From the human T2T-CHM13v2.0 reference genome, Homo sapiens: a stretch of DNA of 64,000 nucleotides. Position numbers and translations under genes: made by a program. The notes beneath the pieces were generated by a model, which ran no database searches, was not told the origin of the DNA, and saw only the letters and a program-made list of their open reading frames with translations. Positions within the stretch are counted from its first letter, which is position 1. Every line of letters starts with the position of its first letter. The DNA is taken from the NCBI RefSeq assembly GCF_009914755.1, contig NC_060928.1; one strand, written 5' to 3'. This document shows positions 43,438 to 61,086 of the stretch, in pieces.

Positions 43438-44342
43438 TGAGCCCACAGGTGCATGCCATCACACTCAGCCAATTTTTTTACTTTTTTGTAGAGAGAGGGG
43501 GTCTCGATGTGTTGCCCAGGTAGGTCTTGAACTCCTGGGCTCAGGTGATCTCCCCACCTCAGCCTTCCAAATTGCTGGGATTACAGGCATGAGCCACCAT
43601 ACCTGGCCAGAAAGCAGTTTTTAACAGCTGTATTACAAAATACTGGTGTGTTCTAAACTTGAGAGGTATATTACAAGCAATGGTACCAGTTTGTTAAAGA
43701 TGAATGTTATCTAAATAAATTACAACAGAATCAAGACTTTTCCTTAATATTTCATTCACATGCTTGTCTATATGATTTCTCTGAGCAGAAAGAAGCAGAG
43801 TGCTGAGCGCAGTGGCTCACACCTGTAAAACCAATTCTGACAGGCTGAGGCAGAAGAATTGCTTGAGCCTAGGAGTTTGAGACCAGCCTGCCAAGGTGGT
43901 GAAACCGTCTCTACAAAAAACTTTAATAATTAGCCAGGCATGCTAGCATGTGCCTTCTTATGTAGTAGTCCCAGCTACTCAGAAGGCTGAGAAGGGAGGA
44001 TAACTTGAGCCCAGGAGTTCAAGGCTACCGTGAGCTATGATCACACCACTGCACTCCAACCTGTGTGACAGAGACCCTGTTTCTAATTAAAATAAAAATG
44101 AAAGAAGCGGACTATGGCTACTGCTCTCCAAACTAAGTAACTCACAGCCTCTTTCTTCCATATCATAGCTGAGATGACATGTGCACAAAGATGCGCATAA
44201 ACATCATTAGTCATACTGGGAAAAATGCTTAGAACTACTGTGATAAAGAAAGCAATTATTGGGCCAGGCGCGGTGGCTCACACCTGTAATCCCAGCACTT
44301 TGGGAAGCCAAGGCAGGCGAATCACCTGAGGCCTGGAGCTCA

Positions 44343-44651
<309 letters not shown>

Positions 44652-44794
44652 TCAAGCAAGTCAGTTTCTTCTACATTACCTTTCCCAAGAGTAACAAAGC
44701 AGCAAAATATATATTGTATAAAAAGCAAACTTGTTTTTGCCAGGGCATGGTAGCTGTAATCCCAGGACTTTGGGAGGCTGAGGTGGGCAGATCA

Positions 44795-45150
<356 letters not shown>

Positions 45151-45177
45151 TAACATGGTGAAACTCCGTCTCTACTA

Positions 45178-45363
<186 letters not shown>

Positions 45364-46051
45364 TTAAAAGATAAAAGATGATAGCAGCCAGAACACTGAC
45401 TTCTAAGTCTGGTGCATATACCAGGAAGATGCTTACTGCATCCCTAATTCAATTTGAAATACTTTTATTAGCTATTAAATTTTGAAAGCTCTGCACTTGT
45501 AATACTTGTCAATGAGTGCAGTCAGGCATAAACCAGCTTCATTCTGTCATTCTGTATTTTTACAAAGCTGAGACACATCTGTGCTTTGGCCTAAATTTAA
45601 AAAAAAAAAAAGGAAATGAAAATTCAATATGAAAATAAGCAATAAGAAGGTAACTTTCTCCAAAACAAAAGAACAGAGGTCGTAAATGTTATCAAATACA
45701 TATGTAAGCCCTACTATACACCTAAAAATTGGTTTAGTTTAGAAAAATGTACTTTTCCAAAGAGTTAATTCTTTAAAAATAAAATATGCATTTATAATTT
45801 AAAATTTAAATACCAAAAGTTAAAAAAAAATGGAAAAATGCAGGTACTTTCCTCTCCTCAGAGATAGCTTCTATTAAAAATCTTCACGTCAGCTGGGCAC
45901 GGTGACTCATGCCTGTAATCCCAGCACTTTGGGAGGCCAAGGCAGGCGGTCAAGAGATCAAGACCATCCTGGTCAACATGGTGAAACCCCGTCTCTACTA
46001 AAAATACAAAAATTAGCTGGGCATGGTGGCACGCGCCTGTAATCTCAGCTA

Positions 46052-46530
<479 letters not shown>

Positions 46531-46865
46531 TCAGGAAGATTTTAGAATTCAAAAAATACCAAAAATAAATAAATTAAAAAAATATTTTAAAACTTCATGT
46601 AACATTTTCTAAGCATATGCAAGTATGTATATATATATATATGCTATATATACTTGTTGAATTATGATTAAAATAATTTAAGAAGTCTCAGCTGGGTGCA
46701 GTGGCTCACGCCTGTAATCCTAGCACTTTGGGAGGCCCAGACAGGTGGATCACCTAAGGTCAGGAGTTCGAGACCAGCCTGGCCAACATGGTGAAACTCT
46801 GTCTCTACTAAATATACAAAAATTAGCTGGGCATGGTGGCGCACGTCTGTAATCCCAGCTACTCA

Positions 46866-46982
<117 letters not shown>

Positions 46983-47508
46983 TTAAGAAGTCTTTAATAT
47001 AGCTTCTATTTGTAATTAGACTGGCTGCTGTAATTATTCAGTTTTTAGGTTAACTATTTAAGGCCATGGTTCACCATAATATTATTTATAATTGTGAAAA
47101 ACTGGAAACTACATTCATGCCCAATATTAAAGGAAAACTTCAAATAAATCTGTTTATTTAAAATATCTTTGGATGCAGTGGTTCATGCCTGTAATCCCAG
47201 CACTTTGGGAGGTCAAGGCAGAAGGATCATTTGAGCCCAGGAATTCCATACCAACCTGAGCCTGTCTCTACAGAAAACAAACAAAAAAAAATTAGTGTGG
47301 TAGTATGGACCTGTGGTCCTAGCTACTCAGGAGGCAGAGGTGGGAGAATCGCATGAGCCCAGAAGGTTGAGGCTGCAGTGAGCCATGATCACGCCACTAA
47401 ATTCAAATAGTAAAACACAAATCAAAGGAGAAAATGTAGGAAGAACTCTGATGATTGTATCAACGAATACAAAGTAATAGGTTTTGGGTGTGGGGAATGA
47501 GCAGGTAA

Positions 47509-47841
<333 letters not shown>

Positions 47842-48319
47842 TGATCCACCGGCCTCGGCTTCCCAAAGTGCTGGGATTACAGGCATGAGCCACCGCGCCC
47901 AGCCGCAGAATGTTTTTTAAGGTCATCTGTCTGTGCAACTTCAGGCAAAAAGACCAACAAAACAACGGACTTCATTAAGGACAGGATTGGAAAAGGGACA
48001 GAAAACACTATCCTGTCCTGAACAAAAACATGGCCTCTCTTAAAGTACTGAACACAATTCTAAACTCTGTAGTTCAGAAGCAGTAGGGTACAGTGATTAA
48101 AAAGATTTGGGTTTCAAATTCAAGTTTCTGCCACTTACTGTGTCTCATTGTCTTCATTTGTATGATACCTACATATCTGAGTTGCTTTGCAGTTAAATGA
48201 AAACATGTAACAGTAATTTTTAGCATAATACTTGACATATAAAGTAGTGTTCCCAAAAAATGGTAGCTATCATTACTACTATAAAGAAGCAATCTTCCAA
48301 GGAAAAGCCACTAAAACAT

Positions 48320-48430
48320 TGAGAGATTCTCAAAGTTTGATATGCATTAAAATCACCTGACAGATTTATTGAAAATACAGATTCTAAGAACCCATTTCTC
48401 ACAGAAATTAATTCCACAGGTCTAAAGTAG
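48320..48430. mobile_element. MER5A-like fragment
   Basis: gattctcaaagttt...gcattaaaatcacctg...aaaatacagattct. Confidence 0.5.
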
Positions 48431-48574
48431 AATATAAGTGTACTCTGACCCAAACACCAAAGAGAATAAGGCACTGCCCAATAAAGAGGCTGAAAATTAG
48501 GACTTTTCCATGGGAAAAAAAAATGGCCTACAATAGACAGTATGTTCAAGAGGAATACAGACATGTTCACTAAG

Positions 48575-49290
48575 TTCATTTATTCAATCAACATTCACTG
48601 AGTACCTACTATGCAGTGAAAAGGACAGACAAGGTTCCATATTCACAGAGCTTAATTTCCAGGGTAGGAGACGGAACATTTTTTTAAAATTCCATATATT
48701 GATAAATGCTGTGAAGAAAATAAAATACAAGGGAGAGATTGGTCAGTCTCCTTGAAGAGGCAACATCTGACCTAACACCTGAATAACACAATGGTATCAA
48801 CCACAGCAAGATCTGGGAGAAGAGTACTGAAGCCCCAGCGTTCAGCAAATGCAAAGGCCCTACAGCAAGAACCAGCTTGGCAAGTTCCAGGGACAAAAAT
48901 GCAAGTGGGATTAGAATACAGGAAGAAACTCACATGGCCAGGCTCCAGGGTACTGAACTAAGTAGAAGGATACAAGGTAAGATAAGAGAGGAAGGCAGTG
49001 CTGAAACATGTAGCACCTGACAAGCTTTGGTAGAGTTTGGATTTTATTCTGAATATGGATGGAAAACTTTCAACAAGGGGGTGTCAAGGTAATTTACATT
49101 TTAAAGGATCTCTTAGGCTGGTAAGGGAAATGCATAATAAAAAGCCAAAGTGGAAGCAGGGAGACCAGGAGTTGCTGCAACAGATCAGGTAAGAGATGAA
49201 GATAGCCTGGCAAAGCTGATGGCAGTAGGGATGGGAAGAAGTGGACAAATTTAGAATACATATTGAATACTATAAGCCAAATCAAAGAAA
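48575..49290 (+). mobile_element. L2 fragment
   Basis: Terminal ttcatttattcaatcaacattcactgagtacctactatgc, plus L2 body motifs aaatgcaaaggccct and ggagaccaggagttgctgcaacag. Strand label tentative. Confidence 0.65.
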
Positions 49291-50185
49291 AAGAAACTAG
49301 ATTATGTAATAAGTAGTAAACATCTAGGACTAATCATCCAAGAGATGCAAAATGAAAATAGAGATTTAAAGATTTTAGGTAAGTTTATGAGGCTCAAACT
49401 CAAAATAGGTTATTAGCAGATTTAGGATAGTTCATGGCATGTACTTATCCTCTGAAGTTGAGATGAAGAGGACGTTTCCTTCCATAGCAGGCTCTTTTGG
49501 TGCCAACTGGTAAAGCACTGGACTAAATGGGCACACACCAAGACTCAATGCATATTAAGTGTGATGTGGGCCAGGTGAAGTGGCTCACGCATGTAATCCC
49601 AGCACCGTGGGCGGCCAAGGTGGGCAGATCACTTGAGGTCAGGAGTTTGACACCAGCCTGGCCAACATGGTGAAACCCCGTCTCTACTAAAAATACAAAA
49701 ATTAGTCGGGCGTGATGGTGTGCACCTGTAATCCCAGCTACTCAGGAGGCTAAGGCTGGAGAATCACTTGAACCCGGGAGGCAGAGGTTGCAGTGAGCTG
49801 AGATCCACCACTGCACTCCAGCCTGTACAATAGAGCAAGACTCCATCTCCCAAAAAAAAAAAAAAAAAAAAAAAAAAGTGTGACGTGTAAAGTTAAAATC
49901 TTCCAGGACCTTACTGCCTGGGGCCTGAACATCTGATCAGCATTTGGAATAGAGTATAACTATGGAACAGAACTAAATCTTTACCCGAATCAAACCACTG
50001 AGTAGCAAAAACTACTTAAACTTTCATATTATCCTCAGGCTGTGCTTTCTTTCCCAAGAGCCAAACAAGTGAGGTCTTACTTTGCCACACAATGCATATT
50101 AATTTCTTAAATGTTACATTATCATAGAGATTTGTGAGGAAATCTTTTAAAACCATGCTTTTAATAATTATGGTTTGCCAAACAT

Positions 50186-50666
50186 AGAAGTCCCCCATTA
50201 TCCACAAGGGATACATTCAAAGAAACTCCAGTGGGCTGGACCTGGTGTCTCAGCATCCCTGTAATCCTAGCATTTTGGGAGGCTGAGGCCAGAAGATCAC
50301 TTGAGCTTAGGAGTTTGAGACCAGCCTGGACAACACAGTGAGATCTCGTCTCTATTAAATTTTAAAATTAAAAAATTATAAAACAACCCCCCCCCAGTGG
50401 ATGCCTAAAGCCCATATAGTACAGAACCCTATATATGGACTGTTTTTTTCCTATACACACCTACGATAAAATTCAATTTATAAATTAGGCACAGTAAGAG
50501 ACTGACAATAGTTAATAATAGAACAGTTATAACAATATACTATAATAAAAGTTATGTGAATGTGGTCTCTGAAAATATGATTGTATTTTCAAACTGCGGT
50601 TGACCACAGAAACTGAAACTCGGGAAACCCCTGAAAGTGAAACCACGGATAAGGGGGCACTACTGT
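50186..50666 (-). mobile_element. MER44 (Tigger7-type) MITE interrupted by an Alu monomer (~50234-50385)
   Basis: TIR-like ends agtcccccattatccac / acggataagggggcactactg; internal taaattaggcacagtaagaga; ccagtgg repeated around the monomer. Confidence 0.8.
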
Positions 50667-52199
50667 GTAGTGAATACGCTCTAAAATTTAAGGTCCAAAG
50701 TCCATGTCTGAAAAATTTAAATTATTACTCAAAAAAGAAGTACTAGAATGTGAAAAAGCAGGTTATGTACTGAAAAGCATATGTGGTATGATACCATATT
50801 TGTATAAAATATATAAATGCAAAAAAGTAGTTTAGAAGGGTATAAACTAACATTTTGGTGATCTTTGGGTGGCAGGATTATTGATTTTTTTTTCCTATCT
50901 GCTTTTATCAACATCTTCTCTATTACACAAAGTATTTCGTATAACCAAAAATATTAGTTATAGGCTAGCATAAAAGGTAAAAAGCTGAAAAAGAACTTCA
51001 AGAAATCTTTCCTTCTTCTAAATCAGAAGGATTCCAACTACAGTAGTAAGAAAAAATATCTCAACGGCAAACACTGGAGAAAAGATTCGTTAAGGGGTTC
51101 ATGTTATACCACAAGGACATACCCTTCAAGGAAATAATCTAAACTCATAACTCTTCCTGGGTTTGATAAGGAGCAATTAACTATCACGTACTGTTGTTCT
51201 TTCTTGCTGTTAACCACTGAAACACCTCAATTAATGAGTTCTCGGGGGTGAAGCGGTGTTCTTAAACACCACGTTGGAAAAAAAAAAAAAGTTAGGACAA
51301 AAAGGTTTGGTTTTCTGGTCGCAGTGCTGTCGACGGCCGCGGAGAGCGGCAAGTTCGGAGCAGGCTACACTAAAGGAATCTGCGCGGCCAGCCACCCTAA
51401 GTGGAAGGGAATGCAAAGCCTCCTGCAACCTCCACAGCGCTGGGCAGCAAGAATGCCTCCTAAGCGTCCCAACACTCCAACACCTGGAAGGTCTTACGCT
51501 TTCCAAGTTATAATATGTACAGCTGCTGTTTCTGACAATAACACACACAAACTGGAAGGTCTCTTCTGCAAATGTAGCTATTACGTGTGTGAAGCTCATC
51601 CGACTCTCTCGATGCAAAAGTAACACATTCTATTAAGGCCACAGCCTCGGTTTTGCCAACTGGGGCAACTGAAAACATCCTACCGACTCTCTACAGCTAG
51701 CAAACCATCTCGGCTAAAATCCTGGCACATATAAACAGCCACTTTGGTGAAGTCTGCCTTTAAACAGCAACACGGGACTTCGGGTAGAGCCGGTAACCAG
51801 TTTATCACACACTATTAGTTCCAATAAAGGGTGCTGCTACCTCTTTACTGTCAGCCTTGGTTCCACTTACTGAGCAAACAGAAAAAGGGGATCCTTTAAA
51901 TTCGCGACACAATAGGAGCTAAAAAGCTCTCGCTTTCAGGGTGTCAGCTTTCTCGTCTCACTTATCACAACAAAGGACGCATCCTAGTGACTTCACCGTA
52001 CCCAGAAAGGGCTGAGGGAGACGGTAAACAAGATAGTGTGGATTTCAGGATTTGTGAGTTTTTCCTTCCAGCTACGACTCTCTTTTTACTCCATGATACG
52101 CCTCCACCCGTCGACAATCTGATCCTAAAAATAAAACCACCCGTGGCTACCTTGCCCTTGCCTGCAAAGCCCCGACTCTGACATCCTGCAGAGAATACC

Positions 52200-52960
52200 C
52201 AATTGCAGGCTCTTCGCGGGGGACGCGGGCTCGGCAGCAGCGGAGCTTCTCCCGGTGCAGAATCGCCAGCCCGGCCGAGGAAACGCCAAGCCCGAGAAAC
52301 AGCCCTGTTCTGCCGCAGCCGCCGCAGTCCCCGAGAGCCTGAGGAGCCCCCAGGAAAAACTGGGGCGAGGGGAGGGTGAGCCAGCAAACGCTGGTGGGAG
52401 AGGGGGAGACACTCACCCGCCCAGACAACAACCGATGGGGCGGGGAGGATGGGGGCCGGGACCGAGGCTCGGCAGAAAGACCGCCTGGAGCTTCCAGAAG
52501 GCTGCGGCTGCTCCGGACGCTGCTGCCACTGCCGTTTCTGGCCGCCGGCTTCCTCCCCCTCCTCTGTTTTGATTCGAGTGACCACGTCACTCTTAGCCAC
52601 AAGACCCGGATCTGCCGGCTCCCGCGGGCGGCGGCGCAACAGATTGCAGCGCCTGGAGACTCCAGCTGCCCCGCCTGCCGAGCATGCGCATGCCCAGCGC
52701 CTGCCCTGTGCGTCCCGGGAAGCCGGGCGGGAGCCTGCGGCTTCGGACGCCTACGACACGCTGTGCGTGGGGGCGCGGAGTGCGGGGGATGTAGTTCCGG
52801 TTGGGAGGGGCGTGGCTGAGGACTGTGAAGCAATCGGGGCGAGGCCGGGTGTCTGTTCAACTCTCCCGCGTATCGTCTGTTTCTTCGGCGGCGGACAGTG
52901 TTCTGTAATGTGTCTCCCGTTGCCCGAGCTAAAGGTTTTCCTCGACGGAGTCTTTAGAAT
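52200..52960. promoter_or_regulatory. CpG island / TATA-less, probably bidirectional promoter of SMIM14
   Basis: Very high GC and CpG density. NRF1-type palindrome GCATGCGCATGC 52682-52693; ZNF143/THAP11-like ACTACA-TCCC motif (minus) ~52773-52796 with adjacent ETS CCGGAA; GC/KLF box GGGAGGGGCGTGGC 52803-52816; CRE/UPRE CCACGTCA 52582-52589. Confidence 0.9.
52417..52545 (-). other. SMIM14: SMIM14 non-coding exon 1 (5' boundary approximate)
   Basis: Strong minus-strand donor GCGG|gtgagt (plus strand actcac at 52411-52416) inside the CpG island, with no ATG in the exon. Defines intron 1 as 18841-52416 (33,576 bp). The TSS cannot be fixed from sequence alone. Confidence 0.8.
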
Positions 52961-53217
52961 ACCGTGGTAGAGGTAGACGCGGTTACAAATTGATGTCTGT
53001 TGAGACAGTCTACCCCTGTAAAGTGTTTTTGGTTACTCAGGCCCGGATGGAAATTGGAGATGGGGATTACAAAAATACATCAAATGTGGCTGTTATTGAT
53101 TCCCTTTACCTTAACATTTTTGCACCGGAAACGACCAAAATTAAGTTCAACAGGAATATTAATAAAAGGAATATGTAGTCGGGCTTGGTGACTCATGCCT
53201 GTAATCCCAGCACTTCA

Positions 53218-53467
<250 letters not shown>

Positions 53468-54301
53468 TTAAAGATATGTGACCAAAGATGACTTGCTGGT
53501 CAGGAGATAATGGGGAAGTAGGAGGGAATGCTGTGGCTAGGCAGCCAGCCAGCCCAAGTCTTAGTTGCTTTGGTTGTAGAGCTGGAATAAGAGTGCTGCT
53601 TTTACCCAATCTTCCTTTTAGAGCAAGTTGGTGCTTCCTATTCTCCCATTCTAGTCTCTGAGTCTCCCCGCTAAATTTTGGGGGCCCTGGAAATTTCCCA
53701 ATTTGGCAAAATGCAGAACTATATTGTTTTCTTAGGTCCTTCAGTTGGCAAGCTTTAATTAAAATGGGACAAGTGGCGAAGTAAAAGTGAATCCCAAACA
53801 AAGATTTTACGAAAGTGCCTCTCTGCCAGTCTTGACGGAGAGGTGAAAGCTGCAAGCTTTCTTACTCAGATTTGATGACCTTTTCACTTACCCAGACTTC
53901 CACCTCAGCAATTTGGTTAATTACCCCTCGACAAGCTGAATCACCTTCCCCAAATAAGTATCATTTACAAGAGCTTTTTAATTAAAGTGGATATTGAACA
54001 CAGGTAAAGGTTTCTAGAAAATTAAAGGTTTCTGGTAAAACTTGAAGTGTTTCCCAGTTAACTAATTGCAAAGTAGATACAAAGAATAAAGATTTTGGCC
54101 CTTAATCTGCAACCTTGAACTCTGCTTACTCAAATTCAGAGTTTGAGATGGAATCTGGTGCCCTAATGAGCTGACACTGTACCAAAGGGTCTTTAATTTG
54201 TGCAACTCCAAACAAAATCTGTTATGCTTGAGTGCACCCATGGGCACGTATGTGTTTGAGAACACAGCTGTGTTTAAGAGAACAGTATGGTACAAAACTA
54301 G

Positions 54302-54571
<270 letters not shown>

Positions 54572-55180
54572 TAGCCAGGATGGTCTCAAGCTCCTGACCT
54601 CGTGATCCGCCCGTCTCGGCCTCCCAAAGTGCTGGGATTACAGGCGTGAGCCACCGCGCCTGGCCTTTTTTTTTTTTTTTTGAGATAGGGTCTTGCTCTG
54701 TTGCACAGGCTGGAATGCAGTGGTGCAATCATAGCTCACTACAGCCTCAAACTCCTGGGCTGAAGTGATCCTCCCATTTTAGCCTCCTGAATAGCTAAGA
54801 CTACAGACACATGCCACCACAGTGAGCTACTTTTTTTTTTAATTTGTTATAGGATCTTGCTATATTGTTGAGACTGGTCTTGAACTCCTGGTCTGAAGTG
54901 ATCCTCCTGTTTCAGCCTCCCAAAGTGTTGGGGTTACAGGCATGGGTCACTGTGCACACCCAGTACTTGCTTTATAAAGTAAATTACAGGAAAACCAAGA
55001 TGTTAGGATTAGCCTGGCGAGGTGCTGTATGCCTGTAGTCCCAGCTACTCAGGAGGCAGAGACAGGAGAATTGCCTGAACCCAGGAGTTAGAGGCTTTGA
55101 ATAGCCACTGCACTCCAACCTGGGCAACATAGCAATACCTTGTCTCAGAAACAAACAAACAAAAAAGATGTTGGGATCCT

Positions 55181-56272
<1,092 letters not shown>

Positions 56273-57604
56273 TAAACAATGGAAGAACTAAAAAGTGTGT
56301 AATTCTCTGTGTAAAGAATAACATAGAATTCCTACCATACAACCGAGAGCATAGTAAACATTGAATAAATATTTGTTGAATGGACACAGAATTAAAAAAG
56401 AAACACCAATTGGAGAATTTGGAACAAATACTGATAGTTAAAGGAGAAATACCATAATATATGAAGGGCTCATACAAATCAATAGGGAAAATTAATGCCT
56501 GCCACACATGCATAGGTATAAAGTATGAACTGATGGTTCACACACACAAAGGAAATACAAATGTTTGACATTTGAAAATCTTCCATCTCACTAGTAATCA
56601 AAAAATGCAAATTAAAATGATTTTCTTTTTTGGCTACTACATTAAGGAAATATATTTATTTATTTACTTATTTTAGAGATGGGGTCTTGCTCTGTCACCC
56701 AGGCTGGAGTGCAGTGGCTATTCACAGATGTGACCACAGTGCATTGCAACCTTGAACTCCTGGTCTTAAGCAATCCTCCTACCTCAGCCTCCTGAGTAGC
56801 TGGGACTACGGGCATGTGCCACCCAGCCTTTTTTTTTCTTTTAATAGACAGGAGTCTCACTATGTTGGCCAGGCTGGTCTCCAACTCCTAGCCTCAAGGG
56901 AAGTGCAAACTACTGCACCAGGCCTGGACAACATGGTGAAACCTTGTCTCTACAAAAAAAAAAAAAAAAAATTAACCAGACATTGTGGTGGTGCCTATAG
57001 TCCCAGCTACTCAGGAGGCTGAGGTGGGAGGGGATGGCTTGAGTCCAGGAGGTAGAGGTTGCAGTGAGTCAAGATTGCGCCACTGTATTCCAGCCTGGGC
57101 GATAGAGCCAGACTTTATCTCAAAAAATTTTTCTTTTTTTCATATTTGAAAATAGAGCTAGGGTCTCACTATGTTGCCTAGACTGGTCTCAAACTCCTGG
57201 GCTCAAGTGATCCCACCGCCTTGGCCTCTCAAAGTGCTGGGATTATAGGCATGAACCACCACACCCAGCCTATTTTATTCTTTTTGATGATATTATAAAT
57301 GGAATTGCTTGTTTTTTGTTTTTGAGACAGAGTCTCGCTCTGTCACCCAGGCTGGAGTGCTATGACACTATCTCAGCTCACTGCAACCTCTACCTCCCAG
57401 GTTCAATCAATTCTCATGCCTCAGCCTCCTGACTACCTGGGACTACAGGTGCGCACCACCACCCTGGCTAATTTTTGTAATTTTAGTGGAGACAGGGTTT
57501 CACTATGGGCTTGAACACCAAGGTCTTGAACTCCTGGCCTCAAGTAATCCGCCCACGTCCACCTCCCAAAGTGTGGGATTACAGGCATTGAGCCACATCA
57601 CCTG

Positions 57605-57730
57605 GTCACTTTCTTAATTTCCTTTTCAGAGTGTTCATTGTTAGTATGTAGAAATGCAGGCGATTTTTGAGTATTGCTTTTGTAGCCTGCAACTTGGCTG
57701 AATTTATTAGTTCTAAATTTTTTTTGGTGG
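57605..57730 (-). mobile_element. Old L1 ORF2 fragment
   Basis: Minus-strand translation [33 protein letters not shown] is homologous to L1 ORF2p. Confidence 0.8.
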
Positions 57731-58231
57731 ATTAGTAGTAGGATCACACCAATGACTAGCCACTGCACTCCAACCTGGGCAACATAGCAAAACCCTGTCT
57801 CCTTAAAAAAAAAAATCATTAAATAATTTGAAATTACAAATACCCTACAGCATATGGAGAAATGTTATGGACATATTGTTAAGGGGAAAAATGATACAAC
57901 TTGCACACTATGACTACATCTGGGTAAAAAATATTTTGCAGGCGGGTGCGGTGGCTCATGCCTGTAATCCCAGCACTTTGGGAGGCCAAGGTAGGTGGAT
58001 CACCTGAGGTCGGGAGTTCGAGACCAGCCTTACCAACATGGAGAAACCCCATCTCTACTAAAAATACAAAATTAGCCAAGCGTGGTGGCACATGCCTGTA
58101 ATCCCAGCTACTCGGTAGGCTGAGGCAGGAGAATTACTTGAACCCGTGAGGCAGAATGGTGAGCTGAGATTGCACCACTGCACTCCAGCCTGGGCGACAC
58201 AGCAAGACGCTGTCTCAAAAAAAAAAAAATG

Positions 58232-58262
<31 letters not shown>

Positions 58263-58311
58263 ATATATATACATATTTTGCAGATGGATAAATGCTAAAG
58301 AAGGCAAGTGA

Positions 58312-58605
<294 letters not shown>

Positions 58606-58724
58606 TGATCCGCCCATCTCGGCCTCCCAAAGTGCTGGGATTACAGGCATGAGCCACCGCGCCAGGCCAGTTTTTTTTTTTAAACTTTAAAGTTTGGGAG
58701 TACATGTGAAGGTTTGTTACATAG

Positions 58725-59021
<297 letters not shown>

Positions 59022-59658
59022 TGATCCGCCTGCCTCAGCCTCCCAAAATGCTGGGATTACAGGCGTGAGCCACCACGCCTGGCTCATCACCCAGATATTA
59101 AGTCTGGTACCCAATAGTTATCTTTTGTGATCCTCTCCCTCCTCCCACCCTCCCCTTGGAATTTTAAAAATATTTCAGTTGCTGAACTATAGTTGGAACT
59201 TAGCATATTAAGAATTATTGTGTTTTTAATAGTAATATTCTAAGGTATTGGTTATCATTCTTAAAATTAATCCCGTCTGTTCCAAAGAGTATATGAGACT
59301 GATGTTTTATCTCAGACCTAAAGGATTTTTGTTGTTGTTGTTTAGAGATGGAATCTTATTATGTTGTTCAGGCTGGACTCAAACTCCTGACCTCAGGTTA
59401 TCTGCTCATCTTGGCCCCCCAAAGTGCTGGGACTACAGGCATGAGCCACTGCACCCGGCCACAAGATTTTATACATTCATTTTTTTTGCTGTATAGTAAT
59501 AGACAATATTGTTTATCAACCTTTTAGAAAGTAATAAAATTAAACTAAACCAGTAATAGAATAATTTTCAAGCTTTTTTATAATAGAAATTGAAGGGCCA
59601 GGCGCGGTGGCTCACGCCTGTAATCCCAGCACTTTGGGAGGCCGAGGCAGGCAGATCA

Positions 59659-59948
<290 letters not shown>

Positions 59949-60463
59949 TTATTTTATTTTTTATTTTTATATAAGAGAGACAGGGCCTCACTATGTTGCC
60001 CAGACTGGTCTCGAATTCGTAGGCTCAAGCAATCCTCCCTCCTCAGCCCCACAAAGTGCTGGGATTACAGGCATAAACCACCTTGCCCAGCTCCAGATCC
60101 CTAATTTCTACCTCTTTTATTTAAACTAAATCTTATTGCTCAGACTTTCCCTCCATTACACATTAATGGACCTGAACCTAAACAGTGGTTTGTAGACCAC
60201 TGAACAAGCTTGGAAACAGTCATCAACTCAGTGGTGATAAGCACCCCAATCACCCTGATTATGGTCTCTGAAGATGATTTCCCACTGAACTCCTTGCAAG
60301 CTTAGGGAAGGAAATGTTCCACATGGGCCCAAAACATTTTGTTATACCATGAAGCTATCAAAGCTATCAAGATCATGTTAAAAGGAGATAAGGTCCAACT
60401 TGAAGCGTCTCACATTGACCAATGATATGTCAATTTGAGAATCAAAAAGCAGAATAACTTTTG

Positions 60464-61086
<623 letters not shown>

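Noticed and set aside
51231-51626. Overlapping 85-131 aa ORFs in proximal intron 1
   Set aside because: No homology or exon structure is recognisable; the region is kept only as a possible regulatory element.
51965-52970. Long overlapping ORFs (147-237 aa) on both strands
   Set aside because: This is the expected stop-codon scarcity in a GC-rich CpG island. The products are low-complexity Pro/Arg/Ala with no recognisable domain.
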